Below, piece by piece: positions 36,960 through 44,805 of a DNA stretch of 64,000 nt. The position numbers were made by a program, and so were the translations under genes. Each line of letters opens with the position of its first letter. Within the stretch, counting starts at the first letter, position 1. Under the pieces are notes generated by a model. It searched no databases and had not been told where the DNA came from. It saw nothing but the letters and a program-made list of their open reading frames with translations. Origin of the DNA: Candidatus Gottesmanbacteria bacterium RIFCSPLOWO2_01_FULL_42_22 (GTDB taxonomy: Bacteria > Patescibacteriota > Microgenomatia > 2-02-FULL-39-11); NCBI GenBank assembly GCA_001779315.1, contig MFJU01000004.1, positions 6,753 through 70,752 on the forward strand. Reading direction: 5' to 3'.

Positions 36960-37424
36960 TTATTTTAGGTCCTTGACCATGAAGAATTTAGGTTTGCCGT
37001 TTATTTTTCCCTGCATTACTAATTTAAACCCTTGTCTTTGATAATAAAACCTGGTTTGGGATACCGATGAAACCCAAAGTTTCTCAACTCCCCTGGCTTT
37101 TATTATTTCTTCCAGCTTTTTTAAAAGTCCAAAGCCCACCCCTTTTCCCCGGAATTCCTGATCGACTGTAAAAAAACCGACCCAGTATGCTTCTTCTCCG
37201 GGAAATTTATCCCCCATGGCTTCAGTTGCCCAGTTGACGTTATCCTGGTACCAACCGATGACACCGATTATTCTGTCATCCTTCAAAGCTATAAAATGGG
37301 CATCGAGATGTTCCAAATGATGTTCTATCTCCTTCCGGGTATCCAGTTCAGATCTTAAAACCAAATCGACAGCCTCCGGAAAATGTTTTCTGGTCAATTG
37401 CCTGATCTGATAATTAATGCTCAT
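36960..37424 (-). CDS. GNAT-family N-acetyltransferase.
   Basis: VDQEFRGKGVGFGLLKKLEEI is acetyl-CoA binding motif A (Q/RxxGxG/A). Confidence 0.8.
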   Translation of the reverse strand: MSINYQIRQLTRKHFPEAVDLVLRSELDTRKEIEHHLEHLDAHFIALKDDRIIGVIGWYQDNVNWATEAMGDKFPGEEAYWVGFFTVDQEFRGKGVGFGLLKKLEEIIKARGVEKLWVSSVSQTRFYYQRQGFKLVMQGKINGKPKFFMVKDLK

Positions 37425-37486
37425 GGTATACCCGCTATGGCTTTGATTATAAAATTACTTGTGAAAATTCCGTCATTTGGGCAAAA

Positions 37487-37900
37487 TCAGTTTTCCTTCA
37501 AAACCGTTACTTTTCTTTTGCTGTCTACCACCAGACTGTATTTTTCTTCAAAAATATCTTTTTTTCCCAATAAAAGCGGCATTGAATCTGCCTGTGTTTC
37601 AACTGCACTGCAGTATATTTTTATTATTTTCCGGCCGATTTTTACGGGAATATGAAATTCCCAACTTTTAACCGAGATGCCTCCGACACCCATCGTGGAA
37701 TTAACGACCAGATTCTTCTTTCTCAAGCCCAACACAGGCAAGAGATGTGAAGGGACTGTAGTGACATCGGCTCCGGTATCGACCAAGAACTCAAATTCCT
37801 GCCAACCGGCAATGGTCTTTAACTCTAACCGAATGATGGGATAAAATAATTTGCCTAAACCTGTAATTTCCGCGTATTCAAAGGGAAATTCTAAAGACAT
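37487..37900 (-). CDS. Retropepsin-like aspartic protease (second copy).
   Basis: FLVDTGADVTTV is the active-site motif. The Gly-rich flap is GVGGISV. Confidence 0.6.
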   Translation of the reverse strand: MSLEFPFEYAEITGLGKLFYPIIRLELKTIAGWQEFEFLVDTGADVTTVPSHLLPVLGLRKKNLVVNSTMGVGGISVKSWEFHIPVKIGRKIIKIYCSAVETQADSMPLLLGKKDIFEEKYSLVVDSKRKVTVLKEN

Positions 37901-38111
37901 ATTTGGAGTTTTTCTGGGGAATCCAGGAAATAGTTATATCCGCTTTTTTACCGGTTTTTTTGAAAAGAACATCCAGCCTCTTGGCATGAGCAACGATCTG
38001 CCCTGTTTTACGGTTTTTAGCCACATAGCCTGAACCATATTTTTTAATCAGTTCAGAAATATCGGTTGGTTTCATATTTATAAGTATATCTTTTACTACC
38101 GACTTTCTCAA
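37878..38111 (-). CDS. Small basic protein (77 aa) overlapping the start of the aspartic protease gene. It is either a partner or an N-terminal extension lost by a frameshift.
   Basis: ORF with a 23-nt out-of-frame overlap with 37487..37900. Confidence 0.3.
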   Translation of the reverse strand: MRKSVVKDILINMKPTDISELIKKYGSGYVAKNRKTGQIVAHAKRLDVLFKKTGKKADITISWIPQKNSKYVFRISL

Positions 38112-38149
38112 CCGTCACGGGGATTTGAAGTACTCCTGTAAATCCTAAT

Positions 38150-40288
38150 TCAGTAGATATCGAAGCTGATTTCCTTACAGCCGACCTTGAGGTTGGTCAC
38201 CGGATGGAAAGTCCCCAGCTGCAGTGATTTGGAAGTCGGTGCCAAAACCGTCGGCTTGGAATTGTCGAAATCAGGAATTCCCGTCGGTGTCGCTACTGCC
38301 AGAGGCTGAAGATTGTTTCTGTTATTCAACAAAAATACTCTCGACAGGAAATTGAGCAGGGAATCAAGAAGAGTCGTTTTTTTGGGTGTTTCAGTGCCCA
38401 GGACCGAGGCTGTGATACGGCCGCAGGCAATTTTCACCCAGATGCGGTAATGACCGGCGACACCCTCTCCAACCGGTACCAAAAAATCCCATTGGGTCTG
38501 GTATCTAGTGTCTGATCCGGGAACTTTTTCGGCTGTAATGGGATCGGAAACGGCGATTTCCGTTCCGTCTTTCTCCACATGGTATGTCATTGTCCGCACT
38601 TCCGTTGTATCCGGAAAGAGCGAGACTGCAAATGTCGTTATTGTCACTGTTTCCCCGCCGATGAAATTGCCGGCATATGTCACGCTGTCGCAATTGCAGG
38701 CTGCCGGAGGTGTCGGACTAGGTGATGCACTGATCCGCGGTTCGCGGTCCACATCGCATTGCGGATTGGATTCCGGACAGAACGGGCATTTGTCAGGACA
38801 TTGGTTCGGCTCGTCAGGACTGCATGGTTCACCGCAGGCAGGACCTTCGGGAGGCGGTTCTGCCGGCACGCATTTGGGGTTGGTGGCCGGGCACGATGGA
38901 CACTCCTGCGGGCAGTCAAAGGCTTCTTCCGGATTGCAGGGTTCGCCGCATGCCGGGGCTCCTGGTGTCGGAGTCGGCGGAATATCATCCCTGTCGACAC
39001 AGATCGGATTGGTATCGGGACAGAAAGGGCATTCCTGCGGACAGACATTTATCTTGTCCGGGTTGCAGGGTTTGCCGCAGGCAGGACCTTCGGGCGGAGG
39101 TTCTGCCACTTTACATACAGGATTAACTACCGGACAGGACGGACAATCCTGGGGACAATCAAAGGCTTCATTGGGATTACAGGGTTCTCCGCAGACCGGG
39201 GCTCCCGGTGTCGGACTTGCCGGCGGCGGTGTTCCCGATCCGCCGGGTGGAGGTGTTCCCGATCCCCCCGGTGGCGGTGTTCCCGATCCGCCGGGTGGAG
39301 GTGTTCCCGTTCCGCCGGGTGGAGGTGTTCCCGTTCCCGGACCCGGTGTATTTGTCGCAGGCGGTGCCCCACGGCTTAAGCTGACTACACAGGCAGCTTC
39401 CGGTGCCGACAGTCTACCGTCGGGTGTTACAAAATAAGCATTGATAGAAACTGAACTGGGTATCGCTCCCGTACTGGTATCTTGTACGAATACGTCTTCA
39501 TATTTCAAATCTCTTGAACCTCCCTTATTTGATGTTTTGTTGCCGTTGTAAATTAGCTGGACGGAACCGGTAGGACATCCTTGAATTTCAGTCGTACTTT
39601 CCCCTGTTCCTTTGGTAACGCAAAAGGGTTTGGCATTGCCCGGACCATAAAGATTGTCCTTATTGTAAAAAGCATAGAACAGGGATGCGATCTCCTCTTT
39701 TGCTTCAGAAGTCAATATGAAACTGCCTCCGGGAAATACCTCATTCTTGTCAATTGTTTCCTTAAGGCAAATTCCCGGTCTGGCAGGGGTCGGCGTCGGC
39801 GTTTCCGTCGGCGTACTGGTGGGAGGCGCTGGAGTGTTTGTAGGCGGTACCGGAGTACTTGTCGGTGACGGTCCGGGCGTATCGGTAGGCCCCCTTCCAC
39901 CCTTATCCTGGCATTTGTAACAAACTGTTGTATTATTACATTCGCCGCAATCAATAGTCTTCTTATCCACCTCTTCTTCACCGGCTTTACATTCATTAGT
40001 CTGATAACTTGGCGGACAATCAGGTGCCTCACAAATAGTAATACATTTTCCTTTATATTCAGTACATTCTTTTATCCCGTCGCCATCATCATCTCCTACC
40101 TTTACACAAGGATCACAACAACCCTGAAATGTACATTCTGTGCTTCCGCAGCTGGTTGAACAGGTGTCACAACTTCGGCAACTGTCTGCGCCTGCTCCGC
40201 TTACTCTATTTGGGGAAAAAAGAGACAGACCAAAAAAGATAATAAATATAATAAATAATATTATTTTTGGTTTGCAAATTATTCTCAT
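38150..40288 (-). CDS. Large secreted Cys-rich, Pro/Thr-rich surface protein (712 aa) with tandem Cys-module repeats and a paralogous C-terminal domain.
   Basis: It has a signal anchor, a CxxC-rich N-terminal region and PT linkers. Four tandem ~40-aa modules (ACGEPCNPEEAFDCPQECPSCPATNPKCV...) are followed by a (GTPPPGGSG)n run. Its C-terminal ~150 aa (CNCD...ITITT...SLFPDTT...SLQLGTFHPVTNLKVGCKEISFDIY) is shared with the 42386..43402 gene. Confidence 0.7.
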   Translation of the reverse strand: MRIICKPKIILFIIFIIFFGLSLFSPNRVSGAGADSCRSCDTCSTSCGSTECTFQGCCDPCVKVGDDDGDGIKECTEYKGKCITICEAPDCPPSYQTNECKAGEEEVDKKTIDCGECNNTTVCYKCQDKGGRGPTDTPGPSPTSTPVPPTNTPAPPTSTPTETPTPTPARPGICLKETIDKNEVFPGGSFILTSEAKEEIASLFYAFYNKDNLYGPGNAKPFCVTKGTGESTTEIQGCPTGSVQLIYNGNKTSNKGGSRDLKYEDVFVQDTSTGAIPSSVSINAYFVTPDGRLSAPEAACVVSLSRGAPPATNTPGPGTGTPPPGGTGTPPPGGSGTPPPGGSGTPPPGGSGTPPPASPTPGAPVCGEPCNPNEAFDCPQDCPSCPVVNPVCKVAEPPPEGPACGKPCNPDKINVCPQECPFCPDTNPICVDRDDIPPTPTPGAPACGEPCNPEEAFDCPQECPSCPATNPKCVPAEPPPEGPACGEPCSPDEPNQCPDKCPFCPESNPQCDVDREPRISASPSPTPPAACNCDSVTYAGNFIGGETVTITTFAVSLFPDTTEVRTMTYHVEKDGTEIAVSDPITAEKVPGSDTRYQTQWDFLVPVGEGVAGHYRIWVKIACGRITASVLGTETPKKTTLLDSLLNFLSRVFLLNNRNNLQPLAVATPTGIPDFDNSKPTVLAPTSKSLQLGTFHPVTNLKVGCKEISFDIY
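39222..39345. repeat. Tandem 27-nt DNA repeat (~4.5 copies) inside the 712-aa gene. It encodes GTPPPGGSG repeats.
   Basis: ggcggtgttcccgatccgccgggtgga is reiterated with minor variants. It generates the antisense Pro/Gly-rich + strand ORFs in the track. Confidence 0.7.
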
Positions 40289-40333
40289 TCTAATTAAGTC
40301 ATCTCATTAAACTGTCTAATTATCTATTTGAAT

Positions 40334-41458
40334 TCATTCTGTCAAATCTGCCAGTACCCCGGCAATCAAAGCGTTAACACGGGTATGATATGTCTTGCTT
40401 TGGAAATTGTGGTACAAGCTTAACTCTCTGTTATAGCTTTTTGACATTAATAACTGGACAACTTTATTTAATTCCGTTTTAATATCCTGATTATTATTTA
40501 TTTTAGAGAGTTCTTGTAAAAACATTATGTAATAAGCACAATCTTCTGCAGAGTTACAGCCTATTTTGGATTTGGCTTGAAGAAAATAATTGGCAAAATC
40601 AAGATATTTTGCTTCTTTTGTAGCTTTGTAAAGATCTATGCTGGCTATACCCAAAACGGCATCTTCGAGTTTATTATCCTTATTGCTAATAATCTGTAAC
40701 GCCATATCAAAATAAAATTTTGCTGCATCTAAATCGTCATTATTACCAAGATAGTAGTAGACATAAGTTAAATCAGAAGCATAGAGAGCATATTTATTAA
40801 AAGCCAAAGAATTAGCAATTTCCCATTTATCTAAAACTTTTCCCTCTATGACTTCATCTATTTTCGGATCAAGGTCATATTTTTTTTGTTTGATACTTCT
40901 ATTAAACTCATTCATTTCAGGACCGAAATGGATACTACCTATACAAACTTGATCAATTGCCTCTTTATTTTCTTTATCAAAGACTTCACTCTGACTCATC
41001 TCCCACATTAGCTTACAGTTATAGCTGTCATTTTGAGCCGGGAATCCGATTTCCGGTGTCGTTAATATAATTATGTCATTCTTTATTTTTACTAAATCCA
41101 CTTCTTTATTTGTGTTAAGGAAATTCTTGTACCTTGCCCAAAGTACATAAAGTCCGTATTGTTTATTTGTCTCTGTTGATTTCTGACATCCCTCACCGCC
41201 CAAACAATCCTCAAAAAGCAAATATCTACCCTTCTCATTCTTCATGCTATCCAACCATTTGATGATATTTCCGGCGATTTCCCTGGCTTTTTCCGGTGAG
41301 ATTTGGCCTGAACCCTGGGGATTAATGTCTTGTTCGATGGGTCTGAGATCGACTTTAGGGATAGGTAGAGGTTTACTTAGTGAAAGACGCCAGAAAACTA
41401 TGGCGGAAATGATAATTAGAAGTCCAATGGAGGAAAAGATGAGCAATTTCTTTTTCAT
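40334..41458 (-). CDS. Membrane-anchored hypothetical protein (374 aa), AT-rich.
   Basis: ORF with one N-terminal TM helix. I recognise no domain. Composition is clearly more AT-rich than the flanks. Confidence 0.5.
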   Translation of the reverse strand: MKKKLLIFSSIGLLIIISAIVFWRLSLSKPLPIPKVDLRPIEQDINPQGSGQISPEKAREIAGNIIKWLDSMKNEKGRYLLFEDCLGGEGCQKSTETNKQYGLYVLWARYKNFLNTNKEVDLVKIKNDIIILTTPEIGFPAQNDSYNCKLMWEMSQSEVFDKENKEAIDQVCIGSIHFGPEMNEFNRSIKQKKYDLDPKIDEVIEGKVLDKWEIANSLAFNKYALYASDLTYVYYYLGNNDDLDAAKFYFDMALQIISNKDNKLEDAVLGIASIDLYKATKEAKYLDFANYFLQAKSKIGCNSAEDCAYYIMFLQELSKINNNQDIKTELNKVVQLLMSKSYNRELSLYHNFQSKTYHTRVNALIAGVLADLTE

Positions 41459-41554
41459 CTAATTCCAGAATATGTAGAAAAGCGGCAAGAGTCAATATGT
41501 GTACAGTACAATATGTAGGCGGACATTTGATAGCTTTTATACTATAATCTGACT

Positions 41555-41974
41555 ATGGATGTTGACCAGTATAAACAATCAATCAGAGATTTTTTTAATA
41601 TTGAGCCGGTTGAAGCGGTATATCTTTATGGATCAGAGGCTATCGGAACGCCTAATAATCAGTCGGATATTGATATTGCCGTACTTTTCCGGAATGGGAT
41701 TAACCCAAAAAGGCGATTTGATTTACGCCTGAATTACATTGGATTTTTTTCCCGGTTACTGGGGAGGAATGATGTGGAAGTAATTGATCTCGACGCAGTT
41801 TCACTCGCACTGCAATACTCTGCAGTCGGTCCCAGGAAGATTCTTTTTGAAAAAAAGGGGGGTAACAGACGGACCCGTTTTGAAGCCGAAGTATTATCCA
41901 GATATTTTGATTACCGGTATTATATTCGCCAGAATTCCCTCCGGGGTCTTTCTTCGATGGTAAAAGGATTTTAG
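41555..41974 (+). CDS. Minimal nucleotidyltransferase (MntA-like antitoxin).
   Basis: LYGSEAIGTPNNQSDIDIAVLF is the GSx9-13D[IL]D NTase motif. -10 TATAAT at 41544..41549 lies only 5 nt from the ATG, so the transcript is likely leaderless. Confidence 0.75.
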   Translation: MDVDQYKQSIRDFFNIEPVEAVYLYGSEAIGTPNNQSDIDIAVLFRNGINPKRRFDLRLNYIGFFSRLLGRNDVEVIDLDAVSLALQYSAVGPRKILFEKKGGNRRTRFEAEVLSRYFDYRYYIRQNSLRGLSSMVKGF

Positions 41975-41976
41975 CT

Positions 41977-42393
41977 ATGGATACGATTGATAGAATAAAC
42001 ATCAGATTGAAAAGCCTAAAGGAATATGTGGTTTTTTTAGAGAAATATCAGGGGATTGCGGCTGCGGTATTGGAAAAAGACCTTGAAAAAAGAGGATTTA
42101 TCGGGCATTACCTGCATTTGTCTGCTGAAATAGTGATTGACATCTCTAATTTGCTTAACGCTGAATATAAATTTCGTCCTGCCCAAGATGCCTCAGAAAG
42201 TATTCTCATTCTGGGTGAAGAGGGAGTAATTGAAAAAGATTTTGCAAAACATTTCTCTAAAATCGCCGGATTTCGGAATATTTTGATTCATGAATATCTG
42301 AAAATAGATTATAAGATTGTCGCTGACAATTTAAATAAGTATTTGGCAGACTTTGAGAAGTTCGCCCGTCAGGTAGCCAAATATCTTACCTGA
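41977..42393 (+). CDS. HepT-like HEPN toxin (DUF86).
   Basis: RNILIHEY is the Rx4HxY HEPN motif. It lies 3 nt downstream of the MNT gene. Confidence 0.75.
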   Translation: MDTIDRINIRLKSLKEYVVFLEKYQGIAAAVLEKDLEKRGFIGHYLHLSAEIVIDISNLLNAEYKFRPAQDASESILILGEEGVIEKDFAKHFSKIAGFRNILIHEYLKIDYKIVADNLNKYLADFEKFARQVAKYLT

Positions 42394-43402
42394 TCGTAAA
42401 ATACATGTCCTTACAGCCTAGTTTGAGACTGGCAATGGGATGGAATGTCCCCAATTGCAAAGAATTGACACCGGAGGGAGCGATGACAGTCACGCTGGGA
42501 AATAGTCCGTAATCTTGGGCTGAAACAGGCTTGATGATAGAAGCTGTCTTTTTAGCACAGACAATTTGGGCGCTGATATGGTAGTTGCCCGGAGAGTCTT
42601 TGCCTTGCGGCAGACGGTATTTCCAGGATGTTTCGTATCGTCCGTAGGAGTTGAAAATTTCGGAGGCCGGGATGGTTTTCGATTTGGCGATTTCTACCCC
42701 GTTTTTAAAAACACGGTAAATCATATAACCCACTTTGGTTGTATCCGGGAAAAGGGATCTGGCGCGGGTGGTGATGGTAATCTGCTCCCCTGTCCTCAGA
42801 TTATCGCTGACGGTCATATTCTCGCAGTTGCAGGCTGAGGCGGGAGTGACAGTAATATTAGGAGGCCTCGTTCCCGTTGCTGTTACGGAAGGCGGCGGGC
42901 GGTAATTCGGATCGTAAATTATGTCTACCACTTTTGCCTCTGCCATACTGTTATTCAATTTATTCCCGGGTATAGCTTCAAACGGAGGAGGCACGGAAAA
43001 ACCGCCTGTCCAGTTTTTCGGCATGACAGCTGTAATTTTATGGGGATTTTGCCTGCAGCCGAATCCATCGGGAACATCCTTTTCCCTGCCCTCCGGTATG
43101 ACATTGCATTCCCGGCTCTCGGGGACTCCGTCATGATCCGTATCGATCATAGTCTGATACATTTGCTCTCTTTTTTCTCTTGGCAGTAAACTATATGACG
43201 AATAGAAAAAATAACCGTCGGGATTGGTAAAGGTATAGCGGATATTGTTCTCACTGTCTTCCCATTTGACGGCTATGCCCCCTATCGGAACCCCTGTTTT
43301 GGTTTTGACATAGCCCCAGACAGGCGGAGCATAAGCTTCAACTTTATCTGGAATAAATAAGGCCGCCAGAAATAATAATATCAGCAGAATTTTTTTTATC
43401 AT
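42386..43402 (-). CDS. Secreted protein (338 aa) carrying the same C-terminal ~150-aa domain as the 712-aa protein.
   Basis: It has a signal peptide (MIKKILLILLFLAALFIP). ACNCENMTVSDN...ITITTRARSLFPDTT...SLQLGTFHPIASLKLGCKDMYFTIR aligns along its length with the C-terminus of the 38150..40288 gene. Confidence 0.6.
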   Translation of the reverse strand: MIKKILLILLFLAALFIPDKVEAYAPPVWGYVKTKTGVPIGGIAVKWEDSENNIRYTFTNPDGYFFYSSYSLLPREKREQMYQTMIDTDHDGVPESRECNVIPEGREKDVPDGFGCRQNPHKITAVMPKNWTGGFSVPPPFEAIPGNKLNNSMAEAKVVDIIYDPNYRPPPSVTATGTRPPNITVTPASACNCENMTVSDNLRTGEQITITTRARSLFPDTTKVGYMIYRVFKNGVEIAKSKTIPASEIFNSYGRYETSWKYRLPQGKDSPGNYHISAQIVCAKKTASIIKPVSAQDYGLFPSVTVIAPSGVNSLQLGTFHPIASLKLGCKDMYFTIR

Positions 43403-44415
43403 GGCTCTTTTATTGAATTCTCGGCAAGTTTCTTATCTTCTATTTTGGCAAACATAAAGACGGCTTCAATCGGTTGCGAATTAACATTGGGGGTATCTTT
43501 GGCCAGATAAACATCGGAAATTCCACCTTCCGGCAGTTTCCATAAATTAGTGTCAAAATTGGGATCCAGACTGATTTTTTCGCCTTCCCGGACATCGAAA
43601 CGGAAGGAGGCGTTGGATTCGTAGGATGTGTCAATTTGTTCCAGCTCACTATCTTGTTTAATAATATCAATCGCCTCCTCCATCGTAATAGTGCCTTTTT
43701 TGACATTCCTCTGTAAAGCATCGATCTTACCATAAGCCATTTCTTTGCTTTTTTGATAGCCTAAAGGTCCGATTTTCTCGTTGTAAAACCAGATCGAAAC
43801 TATCGTGCCTGACAGCCGGGAAAGGCGGCTGTCAAAAATGCCTTTGACTTCCTTAACCAGAGAAAGGCGTTTTTGGTAATCTTTGTCAGGGGAATTATAG
43901 ACTGTCTCATCCAGGCTGATCACTCCTTCACCGGCCGCTTTCTGCAAAAGATTTGAGTCGCTACTGATCTTCTCGATCAGGCTTTTTCTGACATCCGGGT
44001 TGTATTGGGGCGGATAAAACAGTAATTCGCTATCGACGTCCTTCTGGAAGATCCTTTCCTCGCCGACAGTGGCGACAATTGCCGCAGAATCTTCTTTATC
44101 AGGGCCTGGACTCTTGCCGGTGACTGCGTCAATGACAGCGTAGGGCGTGCCGGAGGAAATACTTTCCTTATCAGGAGATTCCCACTTATTCTCTCCCAGA
44201 CAGGTATATCCGGCGATATTAATGCCTTTGAGCTGGCATTTACCGTGTACGCAGCAGCCGCCAAAGCAATTCCTGCCTCCACAGACAAATTCCGGTTGAG
44301 GAATTGTTTCCCGCGGGAAATAGCGGTAGGCGGCAAAAGTGGCCGCTAAAATCAAAATTAGAAACAAAACGATCGAAATCCGGCTGGAAAATATTCGGCT
44401 GAATATATCTCTCAT
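43399..44415 (-). CDS. Membrane-anchored protein with a CxxC-rich juxtamembrane segment. Parvulin/PrsA-like similarity is possible but weak.
   Basis: It has an N-terminal TM helix, then CGGRNCFGGCCVHGKC. There is a 4-nt overlap with the downstream secreted-protein gene, consistent with an operon. Confidence 0.5.
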   Translation of the reverse strand: MRDIFSRIFSSRISIVLFLILILAATFAAYRYFPRETIPQPEFVCGGRNCFGGCCVHGKCQLKGINIAGYTCLGENKWESPDKESISSGTPYAVIDAVTGKSPGPDKEDSAAIVATVGEERIFQKDVDSELLFYPPQYNPDVRKSLIEKISSDSNLLQKAAGEGVISLDETVYNSPDKDYQKRLSLVKEVKGIFDSRLSRLSGTIVSIWFYNEKIGPLGYQKSKEMAYGKIDALQRNVKKGTITMEEAIDIIKQDSELEQIDTSYESNASFRFDVREGEKISLDPNFDTNLWKLPEGGISDVYLAKDTPNVNSQPIEAVFMFAKIEDKKLAENSIKEP

Positions 44416-44470
44416 AGACAGGTAGTTATATATCCAGCTTATGATGAAATATAAAAGGAGTCAATAACTC

Positions 44471-44779
44471 TTAAGAAGTACTTACTTTAGATTTCAAATT
44501 TGCCCTGACTTTTACCACATCTTCATCATCACCAGCGGTGCTTAATACTCTAATCATATCTTGGTATATCCTTACGTATTCATTGTTTATCTTCTGCAAT
44601 TCAATTGCCGACATTAGATTTTCAATTACGAACAAAAGCGTTTCTTTTGTAACACTGCTATCCTCAAGCATCGACAAAAGCTCTGCTTCCTTTTCTTTTT
44701 TGTCTTCATAAACCAGATGTACCAGCTCGACTGCCAATTTTTGTAAATTCTCCTTTGGGAAATATATTTGTTGATCCAT
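44471..44779 (-). CDS. Small acidic protein (102 aa), hypothetical, downstream partner of the 682-aa gene.
   Basis: ORF 26 nt after the stop of 44806..46854. It is strongly acidic and helical. Confidence 0.4.
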   Translation of the reverse strand: MDQQIYFPKENLQKLAVELVHLVYEDKKEKEAELLSMLEDSSVTKETLLFVIENLMSAIELQKINNEYVRIYQDMIRVLSTAGDDEDVVKVRANLKSKVSTS

Positions 44780-44805
44780 TTTTTTATAATTTAAATCTTA
44801 ATAAT

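Noticed and set aside
38508-39437. Long plus-strand ORFs (309 aa, 206 aa, 100 aa) and minus-strand alternative-frame ORFs inside 38150..40288.
   Set aside because: They are a product of the GC-rich tandem repeats. The minus-strand 712-aa frame has the signal peptide, the modular Cys repeats and the conserved C-terminal domain.
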